Origin: Cercozoa sp. M6MM
Lineage: Eukaryota > Protista > Endomyxa: Ascetosporea
DNA length: 64,000 nt
Direction: 5' to 3' (one strand)
Assembly: GCA_040357565.1 (NCBI GenBank)
Contig: JBDODJ010000048.1
Of this stretch, positions 39,201-52,498 are shown piece after piece (the first letter of the stretch is position 1; the number at the start of each line of letters is the position of its first letter). Under the pieces are notes generated by a model, which did not search any database, was not told where the DNA came from, and was given only the letters and a program-made list of their open reading frames with translations. The translations under genes were made by a program, and so were the position numbers.

Positions 39201-40414
39201 TGTTTGATGTGCCGGAAATGAACTACACTCAAAACGACACCGTGGATGGCGTTCATATTGAACGCGGTACTTTTGACTGTTCAGTTTTTTGTCTTTGCAA
39301 ACATGCGTGTTGCAGGCGAGATTTGCTTCCGAGGACCGACTGCTTTCGCTGGTATTTTTATGTGTCTAACTGTACCCATTGTTGCTGCTCATTGCTGTGC
39401 ATGTGTTTCTGTGTAGGCTACCTGGATATGCCGGAAAAGACGGCCGACACCATTGACGAAGACGGGTAGTCTGTCTGTCTGTGCATGGCAAATGTGTAAT
39501 CCAATGTGTGGTAAAAACAGTTGGGTGCACACGGGTGATATTGGCATGTGGGACCCGGTACTCTCGCTGCTCGCAGAAGACGAGGGCAAGCTGAGGGGAA
39601 CACTTTGTTGTGCCTGTGCAGAAGAAAGGCGGTGCACTTCGCATCATCGATCGCAAGAAGAACATCTTCAAGCTGGCTCAGGGCGAATACGTGGCACCTG
39701 AGAAGATTGAAAACGCGTACCTGCGCTCGCCCTTTATTGCGCAGGCGTTTGTGCACGGCGACAGCTTGCATCACCGTATCTTTGATACAGGGATATACTG
39801 ATCTGTATAAAAGGGATGTATAAAAAGGGATGTATAAAAAGGCATGTATAGAACTGGTCGCCGTGGTGGTGCCGGACGAGGAGCTGCTGCCGCAGTGGTG
39901 CCGCGACAACGGCGTTAGTGGCGACGATACGGCTGTGCTTGTGCAGCATGCCAAGTACAGCATTCACTTACCTTTGTGTATCTTTGCTTTGTGTATCGTA
40001 CCTGCCCTGCAGGGTCAAGCAACTGATCGAGCAAGAGATGCGAGCGGCCGCCAAGGAAGCTGGTACAATCTGTACATGCCTGCGAACCCACCTTGCTGTA
40101 TCCACACACACTTATGCGATAGGTCTGCACGGATTCGAGCAAGCCAAGGCGGTGCACTTGTGTCCATTCCCGTTCGATCATCCGGAACACAATGGCGCCT
40201 TGTTGACGCCGACCTTCAAGTGCGGATCCTTCTCTCCCTCATCGTTGCCTGGTTACACAGGCGAACTGGCTTGAATGTAGGTTGAAGCGCGCACAGGCGA
40301 AGGAGTATTTCGCGTCGCAGATCGAGGCTATGTATGCTCCCTGTGTCTTGTCCGCGTCCGCAGTTCGATTTGGATTTGGATAGGTACGCCTCCCTGGAAC
40401 GTGCGGCCCTTTAA
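36290..40414 (+). CDS. Long-chain acyl-CoA synthetase (ACSL/LACS), many short exons
   Basis: [84 protein letters not shown]. Confidence 0.96.
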
Positions 40415-40700
40415 CCGACAGTGCGGTTCGGTTTTCGCCCTTCCTTCACCGAGCAGAGGTCGCCATGCAACCCAAATAATGTCTCGTTCAGTTAGCGTAT
40501 TACTTTACCAGCCTCGCATCAAACATGGTAGCTCTGGAACGACAGTGCAGAGCTGAGAGCGCTGACAGAATACTGTATTTTTCGATTAACGGGCTCGCCG
40601 AGCCGGGCAGTTTTTGTGAGCTACAGTGTAAAAAGCCTCACTGAGTGGAGCAGTGGCGTGTAGCAGTTTGGGATTGTCTTGACACCGTTGGAAACGAAGC

Positions 40701-41804
40701 ATGGGCTTTCTTTTTTCCAAGCCAAAAAAGCAGAAGAGGGAGACGCCGGCAATGTCCGAGCAAGTAACTTGTCAGTGCTTATGTATTAATCCTTTTGTGG
40801 CGTAAGGTAAATTTCCCCTTTACTTGCAAAGGACCGAGCAGTGCTGGATTTGAAACGGCAACGAGATCGACTCAAGAAGTATGAGACAAAGGTCAGGCCA
40901 ACCGAATCGACCATGGAGGTGGGGATGTGTTGTGTGTGTCGTGTGCGTAGATTGACCAAGTCGCAGTGCGCGAAAAGGAGATGGCGAAACTACTGCTTTC
41001 ACAGGGTCGCAAAGATCGTGCTCTGCTGTGTCTCAAGTATCTCTCCTTTACTCAGTCATGCTTGACTTGGGACTTGACCTTTGTGGATTTAAACAGGAAG
41101 AAAAAGTACCAGGAGCAGCTTCTAGAGCGAACTCGAGGGTATACCATGCTGATGCTCACTTGGCTGTGTGTGTGTTTATTTTGCACGATGTGTTCCTGTA
41201 GTCAACTACTGAATGTCGAGCAACTAGTCAATTCGATCGAGTTTGCCTCCATGCAAAAGTACGCTGACTTTGTTCGGATGTTGCTCAATTCCGGTCGTGA
41301 ATCAACGTGTTTGTCGTGCGCACAGCGAGGTGTTCCAAGCACTCAAGGACGGCAACACGTGCTTGGAGGCACTCAACGCCGAGGTCGACGTTGAGGAGGT
41401 CTGCTGTTTCTGGTTCTGTTTCTGCCTTTGTGTGTTGTTATCCTGACTGGGACAACAGGTCGAACAACTGATGGAGGACACGGCCGACGCAATTGCGTAC
41501 ACCAACGAAGTGAGTGAGGCACTCGGACAGAAACTCTCCGAGGAAGACGAGGACGAAGTCAACGCTATGTTTGCTGCGCTCGAGGATGAGGTGCGTCTTA
41601 CTGTCATTCCATATGTGTCTGGGACATGTTGTCTGTCTTGTGCACGTTCAGATTGCGCTCGAGGACGAGCAAGCTCTGCCGGAAGCGCCAGTCACCAATG
41701 TGACCACACAGCCTATGACCACAGAACAAGTGACTCCAGTCGAGGGGGAGGTGGAAGTCAAGCAGCAGGAGGAAGAAGAAAAACCGGCGCTTGTTCTCGC
41801 ATGA
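40701..41804 (+). CDS. CHMP6: ESCRT-III subunit Vps20/CHMP6
   Basis: Myristoylation-type MGFLFSK; DRAVLDLKRQRDRLKKY, LKRKKYQEQLL, LVNSIEFA, VFQALKDGN, EVEQLMEDTADAIAY, LPEAP. Confidence 0.93.
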
Positions 41805-42291
41805 TCGGGACTCGTGTTACCGCGATCATAGACTCGACTAGCACCGTGGGGTCAGCGAGTGGTGTTTTGATTCTAGTTTCTGTAAGCCAAGCCTACGCTA
41901 CGGCCTGCAACTATAAACAGAACTGATCTTGAAAGATCAATTTCAACTGAAGCAAACGAAAAATCAATAGGCTAGTCTAGTGAGTAGATAGACTGTCTGC
42001 GGGCTGCACGCAACGTTACAATTCAAGAGGAGCATGTCGCAGTGTCTAATACGCCGCTCGGGCCCAAGGGCACCATTTGCACTTTTTGCCACTTTTTGCA
42101 CAATCGGGTCGATTCGCTCTGACGGGCGTTGGAACCATCCTGTGTTTTGGCGCCAATAACTTGCAGCCGTTATAAACTGCTCCTACCAGGAGATCGTTCG
42201 TGCAGGTCGTAAGTACGCTCGGACGCGTGCAAGAGACTTCCTTAACTTGCAAGGATCGGTGCGACGGAACAGGTTGTGTTGACGGAGAATC

Positions 42292-45200
42292 ATGGCGTTG
42301 AAACTCCTTGCCGCACTCGCGCTCGGCTTTTTCCCTGTCGTTCTTGGAAGTGAGGAACTGGGCTTCACAAATGGTACGCAGCTGACATGAGCTTTCCCCT
42401 AAACAACTTGAGAAAGGATACCCTGCTCTCGTGTTTTTGGCTTGCAGTGGAAATCATTCAAACGAGTGACTACGGACGCGTGCTCGTGTGGAATACCGTG
42501 CCTCCAGGAAACACCAACGAAATGTACCTCTTGAATTCCAACGGCAGGACCGATTTTGCGAACTGCCGCGAGGCACCGCCATCGGATCTGATTCCAGCCG
42601 ATATCGACTGCGCAGTCGTGCTGTTTGAGGACGGTAGTTTTTTGTTGTCTTTTGTCTTTTGCACACAACACCGCTCCAACTTTATTGTTTTTCTTAGACC
42701 AAACGTCGCCGTGGGACAACAGTATTTATGACTTGGCCACGTACACATTGGGTAGACTCAACTTGCTAACCGACCCTTCAACTCAATATACAGAATTAAC
42801 ACACTCGCTTTTTATGAACAGGACGAAACAACAAAGATCCCTACGAATTCGACTACCAAGCCATCTCCCTTTACGAGTGTATCTTCTAGCTTTGTTTTGT
42901 GTGAATTCACTGCCTCCTTTGAGTCAACGAAAATACGGTTTGTTTTTAGCGCCTGAGTTCTCGTTCGGTCCTGCAGTCTATGGCAGCAATCTCACCGTCA
43001 TGCTGGACGATGACAGCACGGGTCGCCACTTCCTGTCGTTTCGCTACCGCGTACGTTCACTCAACAAAAAAAGTGATAACTTAGTGCACTAGTCGGGTTT
43101 CATTTTGAAACACAGGCCAAGGTGGTCGAGTCGCGACTGATCGACGGCGACTGGGTCGACTCGGAGTGGACGACCAGCACTTCCAGTCTGGTACATGACA
43201 CACGCGATTGATTCATACATTGTGTGCTTGTGTTGATGTCGTTCCTTGTGTTTTTGGCAAACAGATCACACCAAGAGAGTGCCAGGAGAAACGCAATCTC
43301 GGCGTGCACTTGCGCGACTTTGAGTTTCCGTTAGATGCGTATCCGATGAAAGTGACGGTCACGATAACGGTGATTGATGAGGCGACGTCTGCTGCCTTCA
43401 ATACGACACAGGAGGTCCAAGTGCGCAACACTCCGGGTTCGTTTTCGCTGCTGCAGTCTGGGTATGTGCCGGTGAATGAAGAGAGCGGTTACGTTGAACT
43501 CGCCTGGTCACTGCACGATAACCTGGTACCCTAGTATTGTGGCGAAAACAAAATACAATCTGTAGTCTTGCAACGACTGTGTGTTGTAGACTGGAGAGAA
43601 CGCCACGTCCTACGTTTTGAAGTACACGCGAATGGCTGACCTGGGCGACAGTTCCACCGAGAGCGGTGTCTTTGCTTTGCCTTCCGGGTCGATCACTCTC
43701 GTCGAGGATGACTACCAAGGACAGACTGTGCCAATGAATAAGTTCCAGGGAACGTTGAGTCTGACACACGGCTACACGTACATTTTTTTCTGCACACAAA
43801 TGTATCCAAAGTAATCACATGCACTGTGTGTGCTTTGCAGTTTTGACGTGCGTATCGTTGCTTTCAATGACTACGGCAGCACTTCGACCGAATCGGCCCT
43901 GATCGCGGTGGGCACTAAACCGTCGCCCGTCCAGGTAGTCAAAATTACGTCCTGACTTGTTTTGCTGGATTCTTGGGTGTGTAACTTAGGACCACAAATA
44001 TGTTGTCATCGACACCGGCGATGCCGACAATGCATTGGTATCCTTTCTTTTCAGTGTCGCTGCTGAAATAACTAACTTTGACATCGCCGTAGGTGGAAAC
44101 GACCTGGTTGGCCCCTTGTTACTCGGGAACTGTTGATCGACCTGTTTTCTACCGAGTGTATCCTCTCTGTCTTGAGTTGCTGATTGTTGTGAATGTGATT
44201 GGTTTATTCTCCTCTCGCAGTTTGCAAGACGGTGTAGTTGTGAAGCAGCAAAACGAAACATCGGCCAGTCTCTGGGTGCCTCACAATTCGACGTTCTTGC
44301 TCAGCGTTCGTGCCGTCAATTTCATCGGATTCTATGACGAATCTTCTTTTTCGGTATCAGGAAATTGTTCGTTTTAGTTTCCGACCTGTTGTTCCGTTTG
44401 TTTGATTGTGTTTCTTGGTGACTAAATGACGCAGGTGGACACGGCTGATGTAGATGTTCGCATCCAACTGAGCACATCAGTTATCACATACATCAATGCT
44501 TCAGCGCCGAATACTCTCACGATGAAGTTTGAGCCCATTGAATATGCCGAAAAGTGCTCCTTGCTTTCATTGTCTTTGATTGCTCTGTGAGTGAGTATTC
44601 TCGCCTGAGTGTGCAGGTACGTCGCTCGAGTGCGTCCGGTGGGTGTTGAGGCCTGGCGCTCACAGTTTGTCTCCCCGACGGAAGGCGATGACATTGCTGC
44701 CGAATTCTCCGACTTGGCTCCCGGAAAGTACCAGGTGCAGGTTGCTGGTACACTCTCTCATTTTTAGTTCCGTCATGATCACTGGGTCGCTTGTTTTACA
44801 ATAAACCCGACTGCAGGAGTGCGACTCGGTCAAATTGGCGACTTCTCCGCCGACGTGTTCCAGAACGTGCATGCGGTGCCACTGAGCGTCGAAGGACTCG
44901 AGTCACAGATCGACTCTGAACTGAACTTTGTAACCTCATTTACTATGATCAAACTGAACTTGTATTTTGCTTGTGAAAGGTGAATTTACTCAATCACGTT
45001 TGGTTTATTTGTGCTTCCAGTTGTTCATTTTCTGGGACGGATGCGAGGGCGACGCCGAAGCGGCTGAAGTGCAGTGGCGCGATACGACTCTTGACCTGCC
45101 TGCTCAAACTGTATCATTTTCCCTTTTTGGTTTCCCTTTTGACTCACTGGCGTTTTCTTGGGTCAGTTGACCACTCGAGAGAGCTTTGTCCGCGTACCGG

Positions 45201-45892
45201 GAGCTTATGATGCCGAGCATGAATACGCCGTGCGTGTGCGGTAAATTTGTTTTTGTATCTGGGTGAAATTGATCGGTGGCAGTGTTACCTGAGTATAAAT
45301 GTAGGTGCTTGAACCCGGTCGGGCTCAGTGCTTGGACAGAATGGGGCTTTGTCACCAAGGAAACACTCGATCCGGACGATGTGCGAGTCATCAAACCCGA
45401 AAATCAGGTCGAAACACCGGCGAAGCCGTCGAACGACAACTTCCTTCTTGTCACGGTACTGACAGCTTTCAGTTTTTTTTTCGTTTCAAAATTGATACCT
45501 TTTTTGCAAACAATGCATGCAGCTTCTCGTCGTTCTGTCCTTGCTGTGCTGTGTTGGACCAGTGATGTACTTCACACGCCGATACTTCAAGTACTGCTGC
45601 GTTACTTCTGCTGGTTTGACTTCACAATTTCTGCTATGTGTTCAGGATGAAACGCAATGAGAAGGCTGATATGGAGTTGGTAGTTTTTGCTTAGACCTGC
45701 TTGGGGTTGTCCCTGATTTATAGAGGGCATTTTTTGTGCATTCAGAACGACTGGGAACTCGAGAACGAAGCTATCGTGTTCGAAGAGACCGAGATGGAGG
45801 CTGAGATCCAACTCGAGGAAGCAACTGACGCAAATCACGCCATCGAGGTTCGCGAGTACGCGGACGAGGAGTCACCTGGTGACTCGCACTGA
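42292..45892 (+). CDS. Type-I membrane protein with fibronectin type III-like repeats and acidic cytoplasmic tail
   Basis: Signal MALKLLAALALGFFPVVLG; FN3-like strands VRIVAFNDYG, LSVRAVNFIG, SDLAPGKYQVQV, EYAVRVRCLNPVGLSAW; TM LLVVLSLLCCVGPVMYF; tail ends ESPGDSH*. Confidence 0.72.
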
Positions 45893-46308
45893 GCTTAAGC
45901 CAGCTCCCACTCAACCATGCTACATTCGAGTCAACCAGTCTCGTCGTAGCAAGGACGGCGCGGACGAAGCATATATACCATAAATTTACCGTCCGCCGAG
46001 CCCGGTTTCTTTGGGACCTTTACCATACAGTAGTCATTGATTGCTAAGTCCGGCTGTCAGAAAACGAGCTGCTGTCCCTAAATTTAGTCATCCATCTCCT
46101 GCTCTTGCATTATCAATAATTGTTTCCCAGCGAACCAACGCAAGACCACCACCTGCATTTTTGACCAACTTGATCTGCGATTGGTAACAGTGAACAACTC
46201 AGTCTCGCTGCAAAGCGCATCAAACAGCATTGTTCACTGGTTTGGAGTTGGCGTCGTTCTTTTCGACCAGCACGTCTTGGAGTTGCATGTCATTTCGCAG
46301 GAAGGAAC

Positions 46309-49245
46309 ATGGGAACCTGCGAAAAGAAGTACGTGTACACAATCGACGATGTTGAGAACATTCAAATCGTTGGAGACAACAACAGCATTGATCACGGAAT
46401 CAGCGAAATTGACAGTTTCAGCGAAAATCAAAGCGCAATCAGCGGCGAAAGCGACACCGAAGTGCGTTTGCTCGCAACTGACGGCCGCGACCGCACTGTG
46501 CACATCGGAAGTGACGATGATACAAGTCTGGTCTGCAAGAAGATAATTCTTGGCCGGCCACTCGAAAGTGATACCAACAGCGAAGCTGAGTTGGAGGCAG
46601 TGAGTCTCAAAATTCACGATGCCATTGAGTTGTCTGGATTTGGTTTCTTTCAGGTAGACTGTAAATTTAAAACAAGTCGTTCATGCGAAGTATTACAAAG
46701 ATAGTCTGATGTAATGAACAGTTGAAGATCCTGGCGCTAACTGGCATGTGTTGGGCGTGTGACGCGATGGAAGTTCTGTTGTTGGGTACTGTACTGTATC
46801 ATTGTATCTGCTTGATTGGCGTAAAAACAAACCTTGACACTTGTGTTGTTCAAACAGGCTACATAGCTACTCCTGTGCAGCGACATTTCGGCGTCTCGGC
46901 TGCGAAAACTGCTCTTCTAGGGAGTGGTAACTTTACTGAACTTCAGCTTTTGTCCATTAACTGAAATACCAATGATCCCTTAAGATTTACAACCCTGCCC
47001 ACCCGTTCTTCCTTTACCCCTGGGCAGTCACGTTCCTTGCAATGATGATTGGAGCTTTCATTTTCGGGTTTGGTACTGCATGTTGTTGGACTGAACTAGT
47101 ACCAGTGCATCCAGAGGTTAAAAAAAACTCTGCTCCCGGCTCTGGTAGTGGCCGACGCTCGTGGTCGACGTTTCGCTTTTCTGCTGTCGGTCGCACTCAC
47201 TGCAGTTTGTGTTAGTTTCTCTGTTGCAACATTTACTGAGAGGGAAAAAAAGAAAGAGCAATGTGCAGGGACTCGTCGCTGCGGCTGCAACTTCGTTTGT
47301 GCAGCTGCTGCTTTGTCGAGCAGGCGTTGGGGTTGGAGTAGGAGGAACCCACCGTACAATTTTTTCTGTACCTTTTCCAAGAATAAAGGGAAAAACTGGC
47401 TTGTGTTGCAGTGGCAGCTACCATCTTGGCCGAAGTGACGCCTTCTCGACACAGGCAGGCTAGTTTATACTTCTTCCTTGGTCAAGTGGATAATTTGACC
47501 TGACTCCCTGGATGTTCAAAGAGCGCTGTGCACGGTGATGCTGGCGCTGTTTTGGGCCCTCGGCGCCGTGTTTGAAAGTGGACTGTCGGTGCTCACTTTG
47601 GGGTAAATAAACTTACACTCGCTGTGTCCTCTTCTTTTCTTATGTGTGAGTTGATTGTTACATGCAGGAAACACGACAAATGGCGCTTGTTTCTCGCACT
47701 CTCAGCCTGTAGAAATCGCTTTTCGTTGTTTCATGCAACAGCTAGATTTGTAGTTAAGCTTGACGTCCGTCAGGTCCCTCTTTCCTGTTGTTGTTGGTCT
47801 CGATGTTCCAACTGCCGGAGTCGCCTCGATACCTTCTCAAACACAGGGTGAATTTACAACTAAAACAATGGCATTCTTTAATGGTAGTAATTGTCTACAT
47901 TTCGCGAAGAAAAACGAAGAAGACAGAAGGCCAGAGAACCTCATCCATCAGATCGCGAAATGCAACAACACGACTGACATGCTGCCTCACGAGTTCTCTC
48001 TTGTAAAGTTACACCTACAGTTTCCTAAACTTATTGTGATACTATAATTTAGTTTCTGAAAGGTTTACTTAGGCTGAAAGTGAGACACGCAAACTGACAC
48101 TACGAGTTGTCACCAACATGTCAGCCTTCGCACGCTTCTTCCTGCTGGGTATTCCATGCTTTGTCCAGGCCGGGATCGGTAGTCTTTGACTCTGCTTGAC
48201 CGTGTTTTCAGCTCTCATGATGTTGTGGAGCGCATCTGCCTTGTTCTACTACGGCAGCGTGTTTATCAGTTCGGTCTATCCGGAGGTAAGATTCAATCTG
48301 AAAAGACTCGATGTGCTTTGAGAGAAGCTGCTGCTTTCAGAGCGCGTTGGCGGAGTTTGCCGCACTAATGCTGGCCGCACTGTTGCTGCGTGGTGTCAAA
48401 ATGAGTCGGTGTCGCACAATGTTCTTCGTCGCTTTCGTTGGGTGCGTGCTCGCTTTTGCGACTGCATCGGAGACCAAGCTTGGGCATGGCGACAGCTACA
48501 GTGACACAGGGTACAAACCGATACCACTTGTAAGGGTCTTGCAGGAAAGAGAAGTATCTACTAACGAGATAGACTACGCGTGTGCTTGTTTCTCCTTCGA
48601 ACACTGGCCGCCTGTGTCTTTCAGTACAGTTCAAAAACCTTCTCACTTTGTGGTGTTCTTTTTGTAAAAGCGTGTTGTGAACGAAAAGAGTTCCGTTCAT
48701 TTACACTCCCGAGATCTGCCCGACTGAGTGGCGAGCAGCCTTCTTAGGTCGCCTTCCTGTTTATCAGCAACTACTCTTCGTGTGTTATCTGATGAAACAC
48801 ATGGGCAGGTACAATGTCGTCAGTCGCACGACTAGGTGCTATGGCGGCACCTTTGCTCGTGGCAACTGACGTGGTAAGCTTTCAGTACGAAACTCATCAG
48901 ATTTAAATTTTCTGCCCTGAACTCTCGTCGACTTGCAGAAGACAGCCTGCATGTGCTTGGGTGCATCAGCTCTGGTGATCACGCTGTGCTCTCGAATTAT
49001 GATGTCACATGACACCCATCACAATGACCAACTGCACGAGGGTACTGCCTGTACATGTGCTTTGATGTGCTGTACTTGTATAAAGGCAACCTTTAGGCTC
49101 GCAATGTATATTCCTCGCCACGTCGGATCCGGATGGTGACCGTGACGATGAGCTTGAGAATGCCAGTATGTCGATCGAGGAACAGGCGGTTAGTAGTGAG
49201 CAAGTCGAAATGCACTTGCTGCGCACGCCTACGTCACCCTATTGA
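46309..49245 (+). CDS. MFS transporter, SV2/SVOP-like
   Basis: DAIELSGFGFFQ, GMCWACDAMEVLLL, ADARGRR, AEVTPSRHR, LFWALG, LPESPRYL, YTPEICPTEWR. Confidence 0.9.
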
Positions 49246-49677
49246 CTAAAACCGGACGAGAACTGAACGAATCATGACTGCCTGATTCATTCAATAAAAC
49301 AATTTCTGATCTCGACGGGGCCGGACTGCCGCCGACGAACGACAGTTAAATACTGTAGAATTCGAAATCTAAGTACAGCACTGTATGGATCCGGATGCGC
49401 TGCGCTGTATCTTGATTGCAGCTACGAGGCCACTATAAATTTACATGCATAAGCGATGTGCACTGCACTAGTACAGTAATTTACGTTCCAAGGGTGTATT
49501 ATTACAGTAATTTACGTTCCATGGGTATGCTTTACGGTAAACAACTAACTGTAAACGACGTACCTGCTTGCCTACGTTAGTCGAGCACTTTTTTCGTTTA
49601 TCTGCCAGTGTCTGTTACTGTAAAATCGGTCAACAAGCGACTGTCAGTAGGCGCACGGCGGCAAGATCAGACCTTAC

Positions 49678-50482
49678 TCAGCTCTGGGGTGCCGGTGCAG
49701 GTTTGTCGGACCAGACCGCCCACTGTGCAGAGCACACGCAAATTGATTATTGAAAGACAATGTCTGCTTCGCCAGTGCTCAGCCAGGCCAATACCTCGTT
49801 GCCACTCGGATCGGCAAAGTGGAAGCGTCGTCCGCCAGGAAACTCAAAGATCGGCTTCAAAATCCTGAACTTGAGGGATCAGCACTTCAACAACATACAA
49901 CGAGCAAAAGAAACGAGAAAGCAACTCACTCACTGTTGCCAAAAGCCGTCACCTTTCCGAGTGTCTCCTCCAGGTTCGCGCTGTAAATTATCTGCAAATA
50001 CACACACACAAATAGTAAAAACTCGTGTACCTCTCCACAGTAGTACCAGTGTGACATAAAAACCAAAGCACTACCGGCAGAACAGCCCCCGCAGAGACGC
50101 GACTGCTGTTGTCCTCGGCCGACTGGAAGAAGCCTCCGTCAATACCACCTTCAGTACGCGAGAAAGCCGCGTATCCCTAGAAATTCAACACAGGTACTGT
50201 ACTTGCAAAGCGGCCTCTCTATCCTTCTCCAAACCAATCGTTTACCTCACCAAAATCAGTAAATTTCCACCCTGTCACAGAGCCCGGTCGGGGTAATGGC
50301 AAACAACTTTATACTAATGCAGAAATACTGTACCAAAAACGCCTGCAAAGAAGGCTTTCGTATCGGCAAGGCGGCGACACGGAACCTCGAGATAGTCGAC
50401 GCCGCCGCTCACCTAACACACCCGACTTGCAGTTGCACGAACGATCGCCAAGGAAATACAAACTCACGTGACCAGCCGCCAT
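49678..50482 (-). CDS. VOC (glyoxalase/bleomycin-resistance) superfamily protein, bacterial type, 7 exons; absent from ORF track
   Basis: Spliced: MAAGH VSGGVDYLEVPCRRLADTKAFFAGVFG WKFTDFGE GYAAFSRTEGGIDGGFFQS..GAVLP IIYSANLEETLGKVTAFGNSE ILKPIFEFPGGRRFHFADPSGNE WAVWSDKPAPAPQS*; all introns GT-AG and in phase. Confidence 0.88.
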
Positions 50483-50804
50483 TTTTACACCGTCTTTTTG
50501 TGTTCCAGACTCAGACTCAGTACTTTACGGGACACTTTGCACTGCACGACACTGCAAATGAGCACGGCAATACCCCATCTGCAAAATACTGTACTGTGCA
50601 ACAGATTCTACGTAAAATAAGAAAACGCAGGTGCGTGTCAATACCGTTTTCAGCTCACTGGCCGCAGCAAAACTTGCATTAACTTGCAATAATCTCCAAA
50701 AAAAACTGTTTTTGGGACTGTAAATAAATACATCATTCAAGAAAAGCTGCAAACTGCACTGTACTGTACCGTAGCTCTTTGCACGATCACATTTGCAGCA
50801 TAAG

Positions 50805-52273
50805 ATGAGCCTGCCGCCCAAGAACCCGTACGCCGAGGTAGAGTGTTTTGCTAGTTTTGTTTCCGATGAGTCATGATGTGTTTTTGCAGCGTTTCGCTGT
50901 TTTTATCATTTTGTGCTGACTTGTGTTTGTTGTGCAGGAGCTGATTGCTACTGCTCGCGCTATTGCTGCGCCGGGCAAGGGCATTCTTGCTGCTGATGAG
51001 TCGACCGGCACGATCGGCAAGCGCCTAGCCGCCATCTCGCTCGAGAACAACGAGACGAACCGTCGCGCCTACCGCGAGCTGCTCTTCCGTACGGAAGGCT
51101 TTGGCCAGTACTGCTCGGGCGTGATCCTGTTCGACGAAACGCTGCGTCAGAAGGCCGAGGACGGCACGCCGCTGGTCGAGCTGATCAAGGCGGCCGGCGC
51201 CATCCCGGGCATCAAGGTCGACCGCGGCACCCGTGCGCTTCCGTACGCTCCGGGTAACTCTGCTTTCGCTCTGTGTGCACTGATGTACTCTTATGATCCC
51301 TGTGGTGTTGTTGTTGCAGGTGAGACCTACACGCAGGGCATTGACGATCTGGACAAGCGCACGGCCGAGTACTACCAGCTGGGTGCTCGCTTCGCCAAGT
51401 GGCGCGCTGTGCTTAAGATCCAGGTAGCTTCTCTTCTGATTGTCGCCCTTCCCATTTGCCTTTTCCCTTAGCCTATCCTTCTCTATCCTTCTCGCTTATC
51501 CTTTCCTTTGCCCTCATCTTATCCGTTACTCAATTTTAATGATTTAACCTGTGTGGCGGTGTTTTTAGGACGGCCGTATCTCGACGCACGCCATCCAGGA
51601 GAACGCGTGGCTGCTGGCTCGCTACGCGTCGATCTGCCAGATGAACGGTCTGGTGCCGATCGTCGAGCCCGAGATCCTCATGGACGGCACGCACTCGCGC
51701 GACGTGTGCGAGTACTGGACGGCCAAGGTGGTGTCGGCGTGCTACAAGGCGCTCAGCGACCAGGACGTGCTGCTCGAGGGCACGCTGCTGAAGCCGAACA
51801 TGGTGCTGCCCGGCAAGGAGAACACTGAGCCCAAGACCTTTGCCGAAAACGCTGCCGCCACGGTGCGCGCGCTGCGTCGCTCGGTGCCGGCTGCCGTGCC
51901 GGGCATCACCTTCCTCTCCGGCGGTCAGACCGAGGAGGTAGCACCTGTCCTTCTTACCCGGCTCCCTATGCCCTGATATTTCCGTGCACTCTGTTGAACA
52001 CAGGAGGCCACGCGCAACCTCAACGCCATGAACGCCGCCTCGGATGAGGAGGTCGGCACGCGTCCGTGGTCGCTCACGTTCAGCTTCGGCCGCGCGCTGC
52101 AGCAGTCGTGCATCCTCACCTGGAAGGGCCTGCCCGAGAACGTCGCCGCCGCGCAGGAGCAGCTGCTCATCCGCATGAAGGCTAACTCGCAGGCGCAGCT
52201 TGGCCAGTACCAGGGCGATGCCAAGAGCGCCGGCGGTGACGCCGACCTCTACGAGAAGGGTTACACCTACTAA
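50805..52273 (+). CDS. FBA: Fructose-bisphosphate aldolase class I
   Basis: [68 protein letters not shown]-terminal KGYTY*. Confidence 0.98.
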
Positions 52274-52498
52274 GCCTCACCGACTGCAGAAATTTGGGTG
52301 GCCGAGTCGCGTGAGAATTTACGTTAGTATGTTTACGTGAACTAAAACCGACGGAACGGAACGAAAGGCGGGTAATCTAACGACGCCACGATCGGAATTG
52401 AATGATTGATAGAAAAAATGGGACGAGGGTACTGCAAAACCTAAATCCGATCGGATCAGCTCAAAAGTCGAGTACATCCGACCGCAGCGACAGAACGC

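Noticed and set aside
40400-40414. Peroxisomal PTS1 on ACSL
   Set aside because: The C-terminus -AAL is not a canonical SKL-type signal
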